Of a stretch of DNA of 64,000 nt, positions 62,611-64,000 are shown piece by piece. The notes under the pieces are model-generated. The model saw only the letters and a program-made list of their open reading frames with translations. It was not told where the DNA came from and made no database searches. A program made the translations under genes and the position numbers. The DNA comes from an uncultured bacterium (GTDB taxonomy: Bacteria; Cyanobacteriota; Vampirovibrionia; Gastranaerophilales; Gastranaerophilaceae). The stretch spans positions 96,650-160,649 of the forward strand of contig CACZFL010000006.1 of NCBI GenBank assembly GCA_902780525.1, in the 5' to 3' direction. The first letter of the stretch is position 1; each line of letters starts with the position of its first letter.

Positions 62611-62686
62611 GGTTGAACCCCCAAGGAGTTCGGTGTGAGGACAAATGTATTTGGCTGGTTGAACACTCAAGTAGTTTTGCGTGATG
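62611..62686. repeat. two imperfect 30-nt direct repeats in a convergent intergenic region
   Basis: GGTTGAACCCCCAAGGAGTTCGGTGTGAGG (62611) versus GGTTGAACACTCAAGTAGTTTTGCGTGATG (62657). About 23 of 30 positions are identical. Confidence 0.5.
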
Positions 62687-62698
62687 GTGAATATACCC

Positions 62699-63673
62699 CT
62701 ACATTTTGATTAATATCTTAATCGTATCTTTTGCCTTGTTTGCTTCAAACGCTTCAAGAGCTTCATCTATTGAATAAATTTTTGAGATAAACGGTTTAAA
62801 ATCGATTCTGTTGTTTTCAAGGAGTCTTAGAGCCGGCGGGAATTGACCGCAGCGAGAACCGAGGACTGTAATCTCATTAATAACAATAGGAGCTAGATTT
62901 AGTTCTTTTCCTGTTGCAACAGTGCTCTTCAAAACAAGAACTCCTCTCGGTTTAGTTAGTGCCATAGAGGTTTCGAAACCTCCTGCCGTACCTGTTGCTT
63001 CAACTACAACGTCATAGACATTTTCGATTTTTAAATCCTGTAAAAGTTTTGTTTTTACCCCTTGAGCTTCAGCAATATCCAATTTATTTTGGTGTTTGCC
63101 CACTAAAGTAACATCAAGGTTTTGTGCGTGAAGTGTAAGAGCTGTAGTTAAACCTAGTTTTCCGTCACCTAAAACAAGAACTTTTTTCATCGGTTCAATA
63201 TGCAGTTGTTCTGATATTTCGCAAGCTGCAGCAAGCGGTTCAACAAAAACAGCCTGTTCGTCAGGAACATTAGAAGGAACTTCAAAAAGAACATTAACCG
63301 GCATTGTCATATATTCTGCAAAGCAGCCATCCTTATTAACAATACCGAGAGTATGTCTTGCCGGACAATGACGGTAATTTTTTTGAGCGCACCATTCACA
63401 AGAGGGGTCGTCACAACCGTAACTTATCTCAGCAACAACACGCTTTCCAATCCATTTTTTATCATCAGGTTTATCTGAGTTTACATCTTCAACTACTCCG
63501 ACAAATTCGTGTCCGAGGATTCCAACATAACCCATATATCCTTTAGTAATCTCATAATCAGTATTACAAATACCGGCAAGGGTTACTTTTATAAGTGCTT
63601 CACCTTTTTGTGGCTCAGGCTTTTTATAGTTTTTATCAAGTTTAAGTTCATTATCAAAAACAATTGCTTTCAT
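62699..63673 (-). CDS. zinc-dependent medium-chain dehydrogenase/reductase
   Basis: 324 aa. GICNTDYE, GHEFVG, structural-zinc Cys cluster (CDDPSCEWCAQKNYRHC), and the Rossmann motif GDGKLG. Confidence 0.85.
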   Translation of the reverse strand: MKAIVFDNELKLDKNYKKPEPQKGEALIKVTLAGICNTDYEITKGYMGYVGILGHEFVGVVEDVNSDKPDDKKWIGKRVVAEISYGCDDPSCEWCAQKNYRHCPARHTLGIVNKDGCFAEYMTMPVNVLFEVPSNVPDEQAVFVEPLAAACEISEQLHIEPMKKVLVLGDGKLGLTTALTLHAQNLDVTLVGKHQNKLDIAEAQGVKTKLLQDLKIENVYDVVVEATGTAGGFETSMALTKPRGVLVLKSTVATGKELNLAPIVINEITVLGSRCGQFPPALRLLENNRIDFKPFISKIYSIDEALEAFEANKAKDTIKILIKM

Positions 63674-64000
63674 TCTCTCAGCTCCTTTTTATATCCCTGT
63701 TCTTAGTTTATCCGAAACAAAAATGTGTTTCAAATTTTAATTAAAATATAATTGGTTCAAACTCGCTGTGCTATTGTGTTTTGGTACGTTATGTTGTGCT
63801 AAAACCCTTGTCTTTATTGGTCCCTGGGTTTAGATGTAAACAAATTGTTACAATTCGCAGGTGAAAATTTAAAATGTTGTAGTATGTATTTGTACCTGAT
63901 TTTGAAGCAATGTAAAAACAGCGCAGGATAAATCATTCAAGGGTACGGGGCATATTATGCCTGAAATTATATGTATCACAAATCAGATGTAACCTTGTCT

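Noticed and set aside
1-64000. Mobile elements, prophage remnants, toxin-antitoxin pairs or recognisable defence systems (restriction-modification, CRISPR-Cas, Abi, retron-like).
   Set aside because: I saw no transposase, integrase, recombinase, reverse transcriptase, methyltransferase/nuclease pair or terminal inverted repeats. The only duplication-type scar is the tRNA-Glu 3'-end repeat, reported separately.

Overview
AT-rich bacterial chromosomal segment dominated by housekeeping genes, with no rRNA, CRISPR array, IS element or prophage. Confident calls: glmS, a trimeric NuoE/NuoF-type [FeFe] hydrogenase (hydCBA), infB with ylxR, prfA, adhE, an M23 peptidase next to an OstA/LptD-like outer-membrane protein, a processive GT2 glycosyltransferase, apt, purA, a polyprenyl-phosphate sugar transferase, a dGTPase-like HD protein, map, a GGDEF/HD-GYP protein, mnmG, proS, glmU, aroE, speD, yraN, gatB, tsaC, yceD-rpmF-plsX-fabH-fabD-fabG-acpP-fabF, uvrB, two Zn-dependent dehydrogenases, and tRNA-Glu and tRNA-Gly. 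About a dozen lineage-specific orphan genes are scattered among them. The most interesting signals are non-coding. (1) Cyanobacterial HLR1/RpaB-box-like direct repeats, joined to a conserved TTGAAA-N16-TACTTT-ATATAT promoter module, sit in front of orphan genes, an ORF-less CA-rich sRNA candidate and a 56-aa ORF. (2) One of these genes has a sigma-28-consensus promoter. (3) A GGGGTAAAT(AT) motif is over-represented at gene boundaries. (4) A duplicated tRNA-Glu 3' end plus terminator flanks an unassigned 165-nt segment. (5) Several orphan proteins share an N-terminal signature. A diderm marker, a cyanobacterial-type tRNA-Glu, the HLR1-like boxes and fermentative metabolism suggest a non-photosynthetic cyanobacterial sister lineage (Melainabacteria-like). 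That placement is inference only.
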